Assembly (NCBI GenBank): GCA_951406725.2
Contig: OX597825.1
Span: forward strand, 40,176,001-40,240,000
Source: Octopus vulgaris
Taxonomy: Eukaryota
Length of the DNA: 64,000 nt
Reading direction: 5' to 3'
Shown in pieces: positions 1 to 13,083 of the stretch. Made by a program: the position numbers and the translations under genes. Position 1 is the first letter of the stretch. Each line of letters begins with the position of its first letter. The notes beneath the pieces are model-generated. The model searched no databases, was not told the DNA's origin, and saw nothing but the letters and a program-made list of their open reading frames with translations.

Positions 1-1045
1 AGGGCAATCCATATTTGCAGGGGGCAATCCCTGGTTGAATCCCAGCACACCTATAGACAAGCCCTACTTTTCAAATGCAGTAATGGGCAATATAGAGTGG
101 AATTATTACAAATTTTAAGAAAATGACATAATATATCACGTCTTGCATCTGTAGGTATCTAGCACTGTAAAAAAAATTCCTATTGTCAGCTAATATGTTG
201 GGGTGTATTTTTCATATCCATTAATAGGCATAATTTTAAAAGTCACGAAAAGAGTGTAGACTACTCTTTCTTCAATAACTCAAACTTTGAAAAAACAGTA
301 AGTTACGATGGCCAGTTAACTTTCTGACACAGATCCGACTTATGAATTACGAATGTCCACATGGCATATTTAAATTGTTTCTCTATTGGCAAAGATCGAG
401 TAAATAAAAAAAAATACCTGCATGCTCCAGCTAGTATACGTACTGTACAAAATTCCTTTAATGCCATGATATTATACAGAAATGACTGCGTCACCGACAG
501 AGTGGAATAGGTAACATCAGATATATTATCTTACAACAAACTTTATGATTTTGCAGAACTCTTATAATTAGTGATATCCAAGTTCAATAAAACCCCTCCT
601 TCGGAATATTCATTCTTCATGGTTATCATATAATCTCTGAAAACATTCTCCATTGAATGTGAATAAAAAGAAACTAAATATAAAGCATGAAGCAATACAA
701 ACATTGGTTATTTTAAAATCCTTTAAACGTTGTAACAATTTTTACATGCAGAATGATGTTTACAATTATAATTCAAAATAAATCGCAGCTGAATTACTCA
801 ACAAATATAAAAAGGTATTAAAATATACATTCGTGAAAATTTACAATGCTTTTGGCCTATAATAATAAATATTGTATACAATTTGAATGCAATGACAGAA
901 AAACTAGATATGCTAAAAGTAATGAGTTATATGATTGTACGGTTTTCCCGATCTAATCATTTAAATTTAAGACTCATCATGTGACAACAGGCGTAGTAAA
1001 CGTGTTTTCAAATAACAGCCAAAAGTTTTAGAATAAAATGTAAAG

Positions 1046-1172
<127 letters not shown>

Positions 1173-2836
1173 ATAATATAAAAGGGGAAATTGAAGAAGA
1201 ATAAAACCACAAAGAAGAAATTTTTAAAAAGGAACGAAAATTTATATGAAAATTAAGCCGCTGAAGAAGCGAAATGGAAAAAGAAATGTTTAGAGAGATG
1301 AGGAGGCAGGAGAAGTGAAATAAAGATAGTACGGTAATAATGGTCTGTGTCATCTTTTCAGTATTTTATCACATTTTAACGTTAGTTCTGTGATAGAAAT
1401 CTTTTTAATCGCTGTAGCATCTGTTGATTAGCAAATCTAACTTGTAGTTGTTGTATGAATTAAGATGTTTCTTTTCCTTCAAATTATGTAAAACATAAAA
1501 TCAAACATAATGCATTTATTAGCTGTATTTGGAGCCAAAAATAAATGGAAACTCGATATACATTAGAAAGAAAAATCATTCGGTTACATTTTCCTTTATT
1601 TCCTTCCTAATTTTGTCGAAATTCGATTTTAATTCACTGTCTCCATTATTATCATCACCGTCGTGTTCATGTTTAACCTCATCATCACCATAATTTATTT
1701 TCATAATCCGTATCATTTTCATCACTATCATTATCACTACAGCAAACATCAATGTTCAAATCATCTATATTATTAACGACGTCGTCCTAATCATCATCAT
1801 CATCATCACCACCGCCACCACCATCATTATTGGTGGCAGCAGCAGGAACAAAAGTGTTATTGTCGGCGTCCTCGCCGTCATCAATATGAACATCATCATC
1901 GAATTTATATAAGAATGTACAGATTATGAAAATACTACCTTATTTACAGTTTAACGTATATTGGTTCATATTATTATGAATTATGGAAAGAAAATAGTTA
2001 TCGTTTAAATATTTCAGAATTCGGTGTGCTAGAATGCTACACACAGTGTATTGAAATTGATGTATATTAATATTTGTCCCTTTATGTCACGAGTTTAAAT
2101 TCCAGCATGGTCGATTTACCATCTCTTAATGTAAAACTATAGATCAATCCTTATAATCTACTATGAATTTATACACTCTTTGTGAATAGAATCTCTTTCG
2201 ACGTCATGAATATTATTACTGAAGATGGTACTGTCGACATGTCTTTCTTATCGATTCAAACATCTGATCCGTCACTATATAAATTTATCACATTCTCACG
2301 CATCGTTACGCGTCTAATAGCAACGAACCATACAAAGATTTCTATCTAACTATATATGCATCTCAGTCAAATGTGTGGTCATGCAGCGACGTTAAATGTC
2401 AATAATCGTCATCTCTGATATTTACAGTTTTTCTTTAGTATTTTTGTTCTATTTTTAGACGTAAATAGGAATTCCTTATGTCATCACTTATGATGTTATG
2501 AATTATTTCAATGAATTTGTTACCTAATTTCTGCAAATTAAATTCTAGGTTTTTACACGAAGAATGAACATTAGCAAACGTGCTTCATGGTTCAAATATA
2601 TGGTGTTTCACCTGTGTTAGCAATCAATATTATCATTGAAAGCTTTTAGTGAGAGCACAAGTATATTATCGGAATAAAATTTAGCGCAAATAGTTGATGT
2701 GCCTATGTGCACTAAGTTTGGATACTATATATTACTACTATGTGATGCGCTAGTGTGTTAACACAGTTATTATATCGATGTCAGTTTCAAAATTATATAA
2801 TTCATTGGGTAATATTAATATTAATATCACCAAAAA

Positions 2837-3010
2837 GGCGATGAGCTGACGGAATCCTTAGGACAGCGGCATTTCGCCCGTCTTTATGTTTTGAGTTCAA
2901 ATTCCACCAAGTTCGACTTTACAGATTATCATTCGAGGTCGACGAAATGAGTAACAGTTAAGCACTGGCGTAATCGAGGTACCTCCGAAATTGTTGGGTT
3001 TGTTCCACAA
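2837..3010 (+). mobile_element. tRNA-derived SINE, diverged copy of family A
   Basis: Head GGCGATGAGCTGACGGAA, B-box GAGTTCAAATTCC, central TTCGAGGTCGACGAAATGAGTAACAG; aligns by eye with 9389-9625. Confidence 0.75.
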
Positions 3011-5040
3011 ATCAGTAAAAAAAGATCAGTAAAATATTGTTAGCAGGACTATCTGCACGTCGAACAGAATGCTTTTAGCATATCTTCCGGATTATTACGC
3101 ATTCGGTTTAAATTCCATATAAAGTGTCAGGGTCGTTAAAATGATAACTGTTAAGCACTGAGGCCAATTTATTCGATGTATCTCCTTACTGTAAAACTGC
3201 TGAAATTTCAAATTATTACTGCGAGAATTCTTAATGTTTTTCCAAAATTTTAGACGAACAATATAATTTTCCTTTAATTTTAAGATATGGGCTGCGTTTA
3301 AAAATTTCACACTATGAGTTTCTCGTTCTTTTTAAAATAAGGGTTTATTTTATGATAGAACATCCATTATATTTACCAGCCATCTTTTTTTTCTTTGCTA
3401 TATCTTTCAGTGGAAAGCAAAACAATTACGAAACATTTTCAAAACTAAAAATACACAAAAGAAAATTCAAAACCAGAAGGTGAACAATGCCATTTCTAGG
3501 GAAAAAGCGCGGCATTACATGCAATAAATTTGACAGCGGCAGCTGTCTTGTACATATTTGATTATTTGAAATCTTGCGAAGAATAACACAAAACAATTGT
3601 TCGCAAACGTTCCATTCAAGAAAAAAATTCATTTTTGCTGAGCAAACTGAAAAATCACTGCATTATGTCCAAAATAAGAGGTACCGTCTTGAAAAATATA
3701 ATAGAGGTAAGTGCAATCAGAATTTAATCACCAACCGATATTCCAAGATGATGTAACATACTTTCTTTGTTCCATCCAAACATGATGGGGAGACTGGTCA
3801 ACCAAAACTTTGTGTGAACTGTCTTTTATTGGTGGAGAGAAAGGTTGTGGCTTTATCTGTGTCAACAGTGAGAGATCGGAAATGATTTAAAGCACAAGCT
3901 GAATTTTATTTAAAAATCTGTCCCCATAGAGTATTTTTCTTTCTTTCTTTTCTTTTTTTTTGTTGGTGGAACATAAGAATCAACTCTGCGACAAAGACAA
4001 AAGATAACACGTAATCGATATCATAAGAAAATTCTAGTAAACTGTCAATATAAATTTAAGTTTTACTGTTATGCATTGAAATGTGTTCTTCATAGTGAAA
4101 TATTTCCTCAAGAAAACGCAAGTAAACAAAGTAACATTGTAGTTGCACCTTATAGAGAGTGATTGATATCCAAAATAAATGGAACAGTTACATCATTTGT
4201 GGCAATGCAATCTACATCTTATATTTTTACCCACCCGCTTTAATGGGTAAAAATGACATCAGCAAAGTTCGTTAACTTAAATAATGTGACAGAAATTAAA
4301 GCCCATGATTATCATCTTGTGAAACTATAGCATATAGCTTTGAGAGGTATATCAGAAAGGCGATTATACTCAAAGCAATACAATTCCATTCAAGTTACTT
4401 TTAATACTCTCTACCACATATCATGCATATATCCAAAAGGCACAGTCCGTTAAACCTTCACTCCAATATTCTGGTTCTGAGTATCATTTTATGTAGTTAT
4501 TTATATTGACTCATAATGCTTGAAGAAATCCTTAATATATAGCCCACCCGGAATATAATTTTAGTCAGAGCACCTATATATGAAGTTAACCGAATAACTA
4601 TGGTTCTGTTTAGATTAAGCGCTTGCTGTATTGTATACGTTGAAATGCACTATCTTCACGTAGTTTACACACTGCAGCAACGACATGGTAGTTTTGAAAC
4701 TATGACCAACGAAAGGAAATATTGTAGGTGAAAAGCCGTAATACGATGAAGGGAATTTTATATAATGATTAGTTATTTATAGACTCAATATAATTTTGAA
4801 AAATCAAATAGTTTGCGTAGTATAGACACTTTCATATTGATATTCCCTCTAAAGATGATCGCTACTATTGTTTCCTGCCATCAATTTTCTCTTGTACCCA
4901 TCTATTGCCAAACATTTGTCTCTTTTTTGTTTACAGTGAATTTAGTTCTAATTCAACAGTATCTGAAAGAAAACATTGTCTCTACCGCCTTCCACATACA
5001 CTTGGGTATTTCACTGAGTTGTCTTTAAAAATCCTCTTTT

Positions 5041-5370
5041 ATGACTGGTAGAGCGGAAATGGCGCGAGACCGGGGTGTCGTAGCCGAGTCGGATGTCTTG
5101 GAGGTGTTCTGCGAACCTGTCAAGCCAAGCGGCGCCCCGTGTGACCGATGTATAGAGGACAGAGCAGGACATGCCGTAGATGACGTTGCTAGAATTGCAG
5201 GTGAAGGAGTCTGTGATATGATAAGGTCGATGATGGGTGCCTGTGAAGTGAGTGATGTTGGAGAGATAAGGACAAGTGCGACAGCGTGAGCAGGAGCAGG
5301 AGAACGAGCCGGGTTGGGAGGTTGGTTTAGGGAAGACGCTGTGGACTAAGAGGTTTCATAGGTTGTGGGC
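5041..5370 (-). mobile_element. Penelope-like element fragment, GIY-YIG endonuclease (Neptune-like), frameshifted
   Basis: Minus strand translates CRTCPYLS..ITDSFTCNSSNVIYGMSCS../LYIGHTGRRL../DRFAEHLQDIR..TPVSRHF. The + strand ORF 5041-5289 is its antisense shadow. Confidence 0.85.
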
Positions 5371-5642
5371 TCCTATTTTTCCTCCGTTATTAGTTTGAAT
5401 TAGGCTTCATAGTAGCAAACCAAGACGTTCATCGATGAGTTTTTTTTTCAGAACTGAGTTTTGCGTAAAATTGAGGGTTAATGAAAATTAAAGTATACTA
5501 TAAATAATCCTTTCCCAAATGACCAAGACGATTTTCCAACTTCAAGAAAAAAAAAACACTGCTGCTGCTGAATTTTGCCCAACCAATAAGATACGAAAAA
5601 TAGCATATCGATGAATATCATGGTCTACTACTACTACTACTT

Positions 5643-5673
<31 letters not shown>

Positions 5674-5943
5674 CAAACTTATTTCAAATTCATAACGGAG
5701 GAAAATTGATCTTCGAACTACATCATATAAACACTGAAAACATCGTAGTAATAATGTATAAATCGTTGCATATAAATATGCAACAACAAACAGTTAGTGC
5801 GATCGAAACACATGTCGAACACTGATTAACGATAAACTACCTGCAACTAAACATGAAGTCTGAGTGTTCAAACTCTTCATTTTCCTATCAATATTGTACT
5901 ATATGTGTATGTATATCCATATGTGTGTGTGTATGTGTGTGTA

Positions 5944-5995
<52 letters not shown>

Positions 5996-6541
5996 TGTAT
6001 GAGAATTTTGACTGGTGACCGCCGTTGTTGCCACTGCTGCCATCTGTAGCTGTTTCCGCTTAAGAGTAAAAAAGGAATGGGGTTTTCTAAGAAATAGAAG
6101 AGGGGAGAAACTTCCCTCAAGGGGAAAGTATCGCTGAGAGGGAGGATTATCTTTATGTTTTTTATATACATATTTTGTTATGTAAGTAGATATTGCTCTA
6201 TAATTTTTTCTTATTTTTTTAATGTTTTGGTTGTCCTACTAGTTGCAAGTAAATGCAGATGAATTAATTTTGCTCTGATTTCGAGCTTGTCCGCAACTTG
6301 GTTAAAACTACACGGTCATTAAAAGCACTAAGGAACTATATAAATGATCAAGTTTTTTTTTAATAGTGGAAAAAAGAGGTGAGATATGGGGGGCATTAAA
6401 TGTCCCTGAGACAATTTCAACTGAGATTACCGATTATATTATTCAGAGTGTGATCCATATTCTCTATTTCTTTTACTTTTAACAGTAGACGAGAGTATGA
6501 GTGATAGATAAATATACATATGTGTGTGTATGTGTATTAAT

Positions 6542-6609
<68 letters not shown>

Positions 6610-6627
6610 TACATGCATATATATATA

Positions 6628-6679
<52 letters not shown>

Positions 6680-8585
6680 TACATAAATATACATATATGT
6701 GTGTGGGTGTGCGTATTAGAATGTTGTAGCTACTAATATATGCCTCATTTTAGTATGTTCGAATCAATTGCATTATCTTATATCGAAAAGCATGTCCATA
6801 TTGGCAAAAAAGTGAAATAAAGCAGTGTTTCACTACATGAATTATATAATAGATCAAAACAGATATTAGCCTCATTATTTTATTTCCATGTAAAAGAATT
6901 GTAATACACACTCTTCAAATATAAAAATCTGACGATATTGTTCCGTATGTAAAATTTGTGAATTTAACATTTACGTAATTGAAAGGCATTAGATATCCTG
7001 TTTAAATATCAAATTGTCGTCGATCAGCAAAATTCCTTATGAATGAAGGATCACCAAATATACTGAGAAAAATATACAACTGACTGTTGATGGGTTGGTG
7101 GACACTGTAATGTGGAGATAAATGCTTTATTTTTGTTAACTTTGCCCTTGACTAGTGTCGTCTATTGGTATGGCGAATACAGATCTGCTTGGGATATGAC
7201 ATCTGAGTAACGTGAAGAAAATTGTTTACTGAATGATCAACTTTTGGTAAGGAGAACTGGTAGTTGCGTTTATGAAAGTGACATTCAAGGTTTCTTTTAA
7301 AAGAATCAAAAATTAATTAGTTAAATAAATTTTTGGAATGATGACAGTGAAGTATTTGAGGTTGGTAAATTGTGCTTTTGTATTTGTCGTATTTCTGTGT
7401 TGGGCATAAGACGGAAAGGGAGATTGAAACACAGAGAATAACATAAGATAGCGAAGCATGAGTGAAAGTAACAAATAGCAAGATATGTAGAGAATTCCAG
7501 AAAGAGCTGGGGAGGGTGTGAGAGAGAGGGGGGAAAGAGAATGAGTTAAAAGTGAGAACAGGAAAGGGAGAAAGGGAGAAATGTGCGAGTGTAAGTGGGA
7601 GTAAAGCAAAGAGATTCAAATATAAAAAAGAGAGAAGGAAGAAAGAAAAAGAAGCGAATAGGAAACAAAAGAGTGACAGAATTAATGGTCGAGCCAAGTA
7701 AAGAAAGAAAAACAGACAGGAATCGTTTGTGAATTCAAAGTACGTAATATTTGAGCTATTCCTCTATATTTAGACGAACAATATCACATATGTGAGGCAG
7801 TGGCAACTTTACATTTGGCCGCAATGAGGTACTCGCTGCAATGGAAAAGTTAGGCTTATAAATGTAATGAGAATTCATAGATGCCCGCTCATTTTAACGA
7901 GAACATTTCTGCATTATACTAATTTGTTTACTCGTCTTTTAATGTTGGTTTTTACTTATAACTTCTTTCAATACATATCCTCTTCATGAGCCCTTGCCTG
8001 CGGAATAAATAATAGATCGGTCATAGACATTTCTAAAGCTATAAAACTAGAATGTTCGTTCGTCCATCTATATACGTAAAGAATTATTATCTTTATTACA
8101 GGATTATCAATTCTCTGTTGATAATGGTGTCGTGCCATTAGATTGTCGTATTACATTGACAATGAAACATGGATGTACAATTGCATTATTATATAGACTT
8201 TTATTCTTAATATTAATTCTCTTGTCATTATCTACTATCAATAAATAAATAAATATATATATATATATATACAATGTATCTAAATGCACCTATCTCTGTA
8301 TCTGACAAGCAAAATTTTGTTCAGCGCGAACATATCTGGATTTACTATGTGCAGATGTTTTACCCGATCATATATATAAGCAATGGTATGGTTCAACGTA
8401 TGAGGACTATATCATTCTACATAAATCTATACAATTTTACATGAAATAATATATGCATATGGCACCGTTTACATATTTATATTCGTGTGGAACAATGCTA
8501 ATGGATGGCTGCAAGTAAATGTATATGAATTTGTGTAAGATATCATAAATGTAAAGCAGTCAAAATAAATGGATAGGCATATATA

Positions 8586-8620
<35 letters not shown>

Positions 8621-8822
8621 ATGCATGCATAGTTGAATGTCTCCATTTCAGTGTGTATGTATACCAGAATAGTAATTATTTCGAAATGACTAGTGTTTAT
8701 ATTTACGTAAATGGGCATATACGTAAGTGCGAGTATGTGCTTCTACATGTGTATATATATCTCTTTGTACATATACGTGTAGGTATATATTTGTGAACAT
8801 ATTTATATCTGCGTAAGTGCGA

Positions 8823-8877
<55 letters not shown>

Positions 8878-9388
8878 CACTTTATTAATAAAGCTACAAA
8901 AGACATCACAAACCTGTTATTCAGTTTCACGTTTCCGTTTGCCGGAAAGGTTTGGTTGAGAATGGAACAAAAATAAGGTTATATTTATATTTATAAATAT
9001 ACAATTCCGTTGATAGATACACATGTGAAACTGGTTTTGTTTCATTGGAAATTTGCAACTAACGGTCTTTTCAATAACCGGTTATATTAAATTAAAATTA
9101 AGATTTTAAATCATATTATTTAAAATCGAAGAAAACCTTCAATCGAAATTTAGCTTTTCGTAGAAGAAAGAAAATCATATATACCCAGGACAAATTAATT
9201 AATGCTAAAATAAATTCAAATTAAAAAAATATTTCCGTTTAAAAGAAACGCATGTTCATAGAACTAACATGATAAAAATAAATACAGGTTTAGTAATATA
9301 TACACAGATTAAGAAGCCTATATATACATATATTTACTAGACATACAATCGTTGTTACATACCTACATACATATACAAGCAAATACGA

Positions 9389-9625
9389 AGGCGATGAGCT
9401 GGCAGAAACATTAGCGCGCTGGGCGAAATGCTCAGTGGTATTTCGTTTGTCGATACGTTCTGAGTTCAAATTCCGTCGAGGTCGACTTTGCCTTTCATCC
9501 TTTCGGGGTCGATTAAATAAATCCCAGTTACGCACTGGGGTCGATATAATCGATTTAATCTGTTTGTCTGTCCTTGTTTGTCCCCTCTGTGTGTAGCCCC
9601 TTGTAGGCAGTAAAGAAATAAGAAA
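9389..9625 (+). mobile_element. tRNA-derived SINE family A, best-preserved copy (Meta-domain-like core)
   Basis: A-box-like GAGCTGGCAGAA, B-box GAGTTCAAATTCC, core GAGGTCGACTTTGCCTTTCATCCTTTCGGGGTCGAT. Further copies at ~32690-32835(-), 41535-41745, 41765-41970, 42533-42740, 49850-50120 and 53140-53345. Confidence 0.85.
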
Positions 9626-9659
9626 CGCTGGATAGCCGTTGCCTGTCATTTTAATAACC

Positions 9660-10170
9660 CGGGATTTGAGCAAGGTGATGTCATTCTGTGTACTTGCATA
9701 TATTTTAATCCCACATCAGAAGCTGTCTTCTTTCTCCCTCATGCTCTCTATATGTTCAATCAAGGTGAAGTTTTCCTCCCAAAGTGAGCCATGTTGTCGG
9801 GTGTAATTTTCAGATGGGAGACTAAATAGAAAATTTTGCCTAACAGGCTGAAGCTGACCAATATTAATTACTCCTCCAAATCCAGAATATAGGTTAGAGT
9901 TCTCACAGATATCCTGAAACCGGCGATGGGTTTGGTACAGTAGGTCGGCCCCATCCGTAGATACTTCATCTATAATCAGGAACTTTAGCTTGCAGGGCCG
10001 TGAGCTGAGAGCGTTCAGCTTTTCACTGCCCGGCGATTGGAATCCAAGAGCTAAATGCATCTCTTCTATGCTAAATAATTCTGTTCCAGTGAAAGCAGTT
10101 AGCAAAATTGAAGTTGGTCGTGCTCAAAATGTCCTGAATGTGGCCTGAGAAGCTTTTAATCACTGGTTTT
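9660..10170 (-). mobile_element. PIF1-family helicase fragment, probably a Helitron RepHel remnant
   Basis: ORF 9716-10105: LTAFTG, FLIIDEVS (Walker B), FGG..IGQLQPV, ESMRE. Intronless, internally deleted, no Walker A. Confidence 0.75.
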
Positions 10171-11137
10171 TAGTCCATAGAAGATGTGTGCCTTTTTTCT
10201 CGAAAAACATCTGAATGTAATTTGTGTTCATTCTTTGAATGACCACCTTAAAGTTTGCTAGGATGAAGTGTTTTGAAGGTCCTAATTTGTATAAACGTAT
10301 TCTACATTTTTTAGGATTTAAATTGGTCTATATATCCGTCTTATCTTACTTGGTCCTAATTTTCTAAATTTGAAGATTTTAGTTTTTATTGTACAAATTA
10401 TAATAATATATAAATTTTGCTAAATTTTGATTATATTTTCTTCCCCCTGTACACATAATGCCCATTTAAATCTCATTGTGCCGTCCTTTGTTTTCAATTT
10501 TCACTGATGGTAAGAAGATGGCTTATGTTATCTCTACCCTCCCACTTTTTGAGAATTTACCACTATATTTCTGACTTATTCTAGGATTTGATTCTTTATG
10601 TGGCCATAGCTAAATTATAGTCATAGTAAAGTGGTGATTTGGGAGAGTATCTGACAGCAATTAATTTATTATCATAAGCTACAACTTAACTGCTACTTCT
10701 CAGTGGCTTTATTTCTTATTGGTCGTATTATACAAGCTGCATTAGATGTTTTGATGGTGATAAGGAGATAGAAATTGTAGCTATATTACCATGTCATAGG
10801 CACCCATTGTTGCCCTCTTCTGGCACTCCAAATTATAGTTGGGATATTTTCTCCTTAAGTTCATTCTGCTACAATAATAACATCAAGCATGTAATTCGTT
10901 TATTCTCTAGTACAGAGGAAATATTTGATAAGAATGATAATGGAGTATCCTGAAGAAGGCGATGTATTTTAAATTTATGTAATGCTTGCAGTGTTCGATT
11001 AAATGGAATCGCCTGAAACGGCCATAATGCACTAATACTGTGACATACTTGTTATTTATTTGCTTTTTATTCATCTTACTTAAAGCGGATAATACTCTAC
11101 TAACATGGTGCCTCAACTGAAGTAATTGAAAAGTCTC

Positions 11138-11240
<103 letters not shown>

Positions 11241-11242
11241 AT

Positions 11243-11274
<32 letters not shown>

Positions 11275-11480
11275 ATATTAGGGAGTAAATCCAAACTTAC
11301 AGGAAAAAATTAGATTTAGGATTAAATCAAATTTCACAGTATAAATATAAATTAGAGATAAAACCACTATTAGTCAAATCAAACAGTTAAAAACATAAAC
11401 CAAAACATTAAAAAATATATGTACTTCCATTGCAACTGATTTGAGCTGAGATCGTGTGCTGGAACGAAAACAATTGCAGC

Positions 11481-11765
11481 GTGGAAGGTGTTAGTAAGCC
11501 ATTTAAGAAACACACAACAGCCGTTCGATTCACTTCAAAATTCAAGTTGAATTTGTCAAAATATTTTCGTCGCTTTAAGACCGCGACCTGTTCACTGACA
11601 AAAATGATGCAGCACGTGATGCAACACGTGATGCAGCACAGATGTTTCTTAGTGAACAGGTCACGGTCTTATTGCGACGAAAATATTTTGAAAAATTTAA
11701 CTTAAATGTTGAAGTGAATCGAACGGTTTTGTGTGTTTATCAAATGGCTTACAAACAACTTCCAC
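11481..11765. repeat. Long imperfect inverted repeat (~120-bp arms), each arm carrying a hammerhead-like motif
   Basis: 11481-11602 is the reverse complement of 11645-11765 with scattered mismatches. The loop holds 12-bp repeats GCAGCACGTGAT/GCAACACGTGAT. Confidence 0.92.
11552..11602 (-). ncRNA. Type I hammerhead ribozyme, G3-C8 core variant
   Basis: Minus strand: TTTGTCA-GTGAACA-G-GTCGC(ggtcttaaa)GCGAC-GAA-AATATT-T-TGACAAA. Perfect 7-bp stem I, 5-bp stem II, palindromic mini stem III. Degenerate partner on + at 11645-11695. Confidence 0.6.
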
Positions 11766-12529
11766 AATATAATTAATATAATATACAAAATATATAAAAT
11801 ATAAAATTTAAAATTAAGTTTTTTTAAATGTAAAATTTTAAATTTATATTTATATATTTTTTTTTTATTTTAAATTTACAAATTTTTACACTTTTAATTT
11901 TTTAATATTAATATTTATTTTTTTATATATATAACTATCAAAAATGTATTAAAAAGGTTAATATAATATAATAAGTAAAACCACTACATACGTTTCATGT
12001 CCATAGCCAACAATTTGGTAAATAATTTTTGGGACTATACCTGAGTTAATGATATTTCTGAGTTTATTATGTTTTTTTAAGCCATATTATATATTCATAG
12101 ATATCTCTAATAGTGACTTTGTTCTATTATAACTTAAATATAGCTATTTTCATTGATAATTTGTATTAGTATTGTTCATTGATAAAATATATTTGTAGTT
12201 TTCAATGTTAAAAGAATTTTCCATTTGTTTATTATTAGTTTAGTTAATGACACTATTTTTGAAAGTTAAGTAAACCTTTTTATTAAAGTTATTTTAACAA
12301 TTTATGTTATTTTGTATTATATTGGATACTATATAACTAAGGATTGATAAGTTGTTGAAGATATGTATTTCATCATTAGAGTATAACTATACGGTTTTTG
12401 TAAGTTACTAATTAGCCAACGAGATATATTGATCCTTAAATAGTTATACGTTTTTTTAAAGATAGGTTATACGTTAATAATTTGCTTTTTCATATTTAAT
12501 TTTTTAATATATGTCGTAAATAATAATGG

Positions 12530-13083
12530 GAGAGGCAATAACCTTGAAACTATAGTCCGTATGTATCACTTAGGTTTTCGTGGGAGGATGACCTCCCTTT
12601 GCAAATAACACAAGGGTACTGAAATTGTGTCTAAGGCCAGCTGGAGACGTTGATCTCCTGGGGCTAAAAGCGTCAGTAACACCCCACCCCCAGTGGCTAG
12701 CCACATTCAGATGGCTAGTACACTTTACGTTGTCTAGCGGTTACTGTTTATATCTCGTTCGGAGATTTATTAATGCTTTCAGACAGTTTTTCTAAATCAG
12801 TGACTGTGGTTGCTGGGAAAAACGTTAAATATTATTTGCAAAGGTCTCCTTCATCGAAAACCGGTGTTTACCATGCGTTGACGTGAGGCAATAACCTTGA
12901 AACTATAGTCCGTATGTATCAGTTAGGTTTTCGAGGGAGGATGACCTCCCTTTGCAAATAACACAAGGGCACTGAAATTGTGTCTAAGGCCAGGTGGAGA
13001 CGTTGATTCCTGGGGCTAAAAGCGTCAGTAACACCCCGCCCCCAGTGGCTAGCCACATTCAGATGGCTAGTACACTTTACGTT
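12530..13083 (+). mobile_element. Retrozyme-like element: ~1.57 tandem copies of a 353-bp structured unit with a type I hammerhead at the unit junction
   Basis: 12532-12731 repeats at 12885-13083 (about 5 substitutions and 1 indel). GC-richer island in very AT-rich DNA, no ORF, GTC cleavage triplets ending at 12557 and 12910. Confidence 0.75.
12872..12916 (+). ncRNA. Type I hammerhead ribozyme, core mutated in this copy
   Basis: CATGCG-TTGACGT-GAGG(caataa)CCTT-GAA-ACTATAGT-C-CGTATG. Differs from the canonical core at C3U and A9U; the truncated upstream copy has GA at positions 8-9 (12530-12531). Confidence 0.7.

Noticed and set aside
12532-12610. Second, minus-strand hammerhead (TTGCAAA..GAAAACCT..AGGTTA) in the 353-nt unit, which would imply ribozymes in both polarities
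   Set aside because: Needs A6C, two extra bases before GAAA, and has no stem I; better explained by the unit's self-complementarity.
12532-13083. TRIM or mini-LTR element interpretation of the 200-bp direct repeats
   Set aside because: No TG..CA ends, primer-binding site, polypurine tract or target-site duplication seen; the hammerhead spans the spacer/repeat junction.
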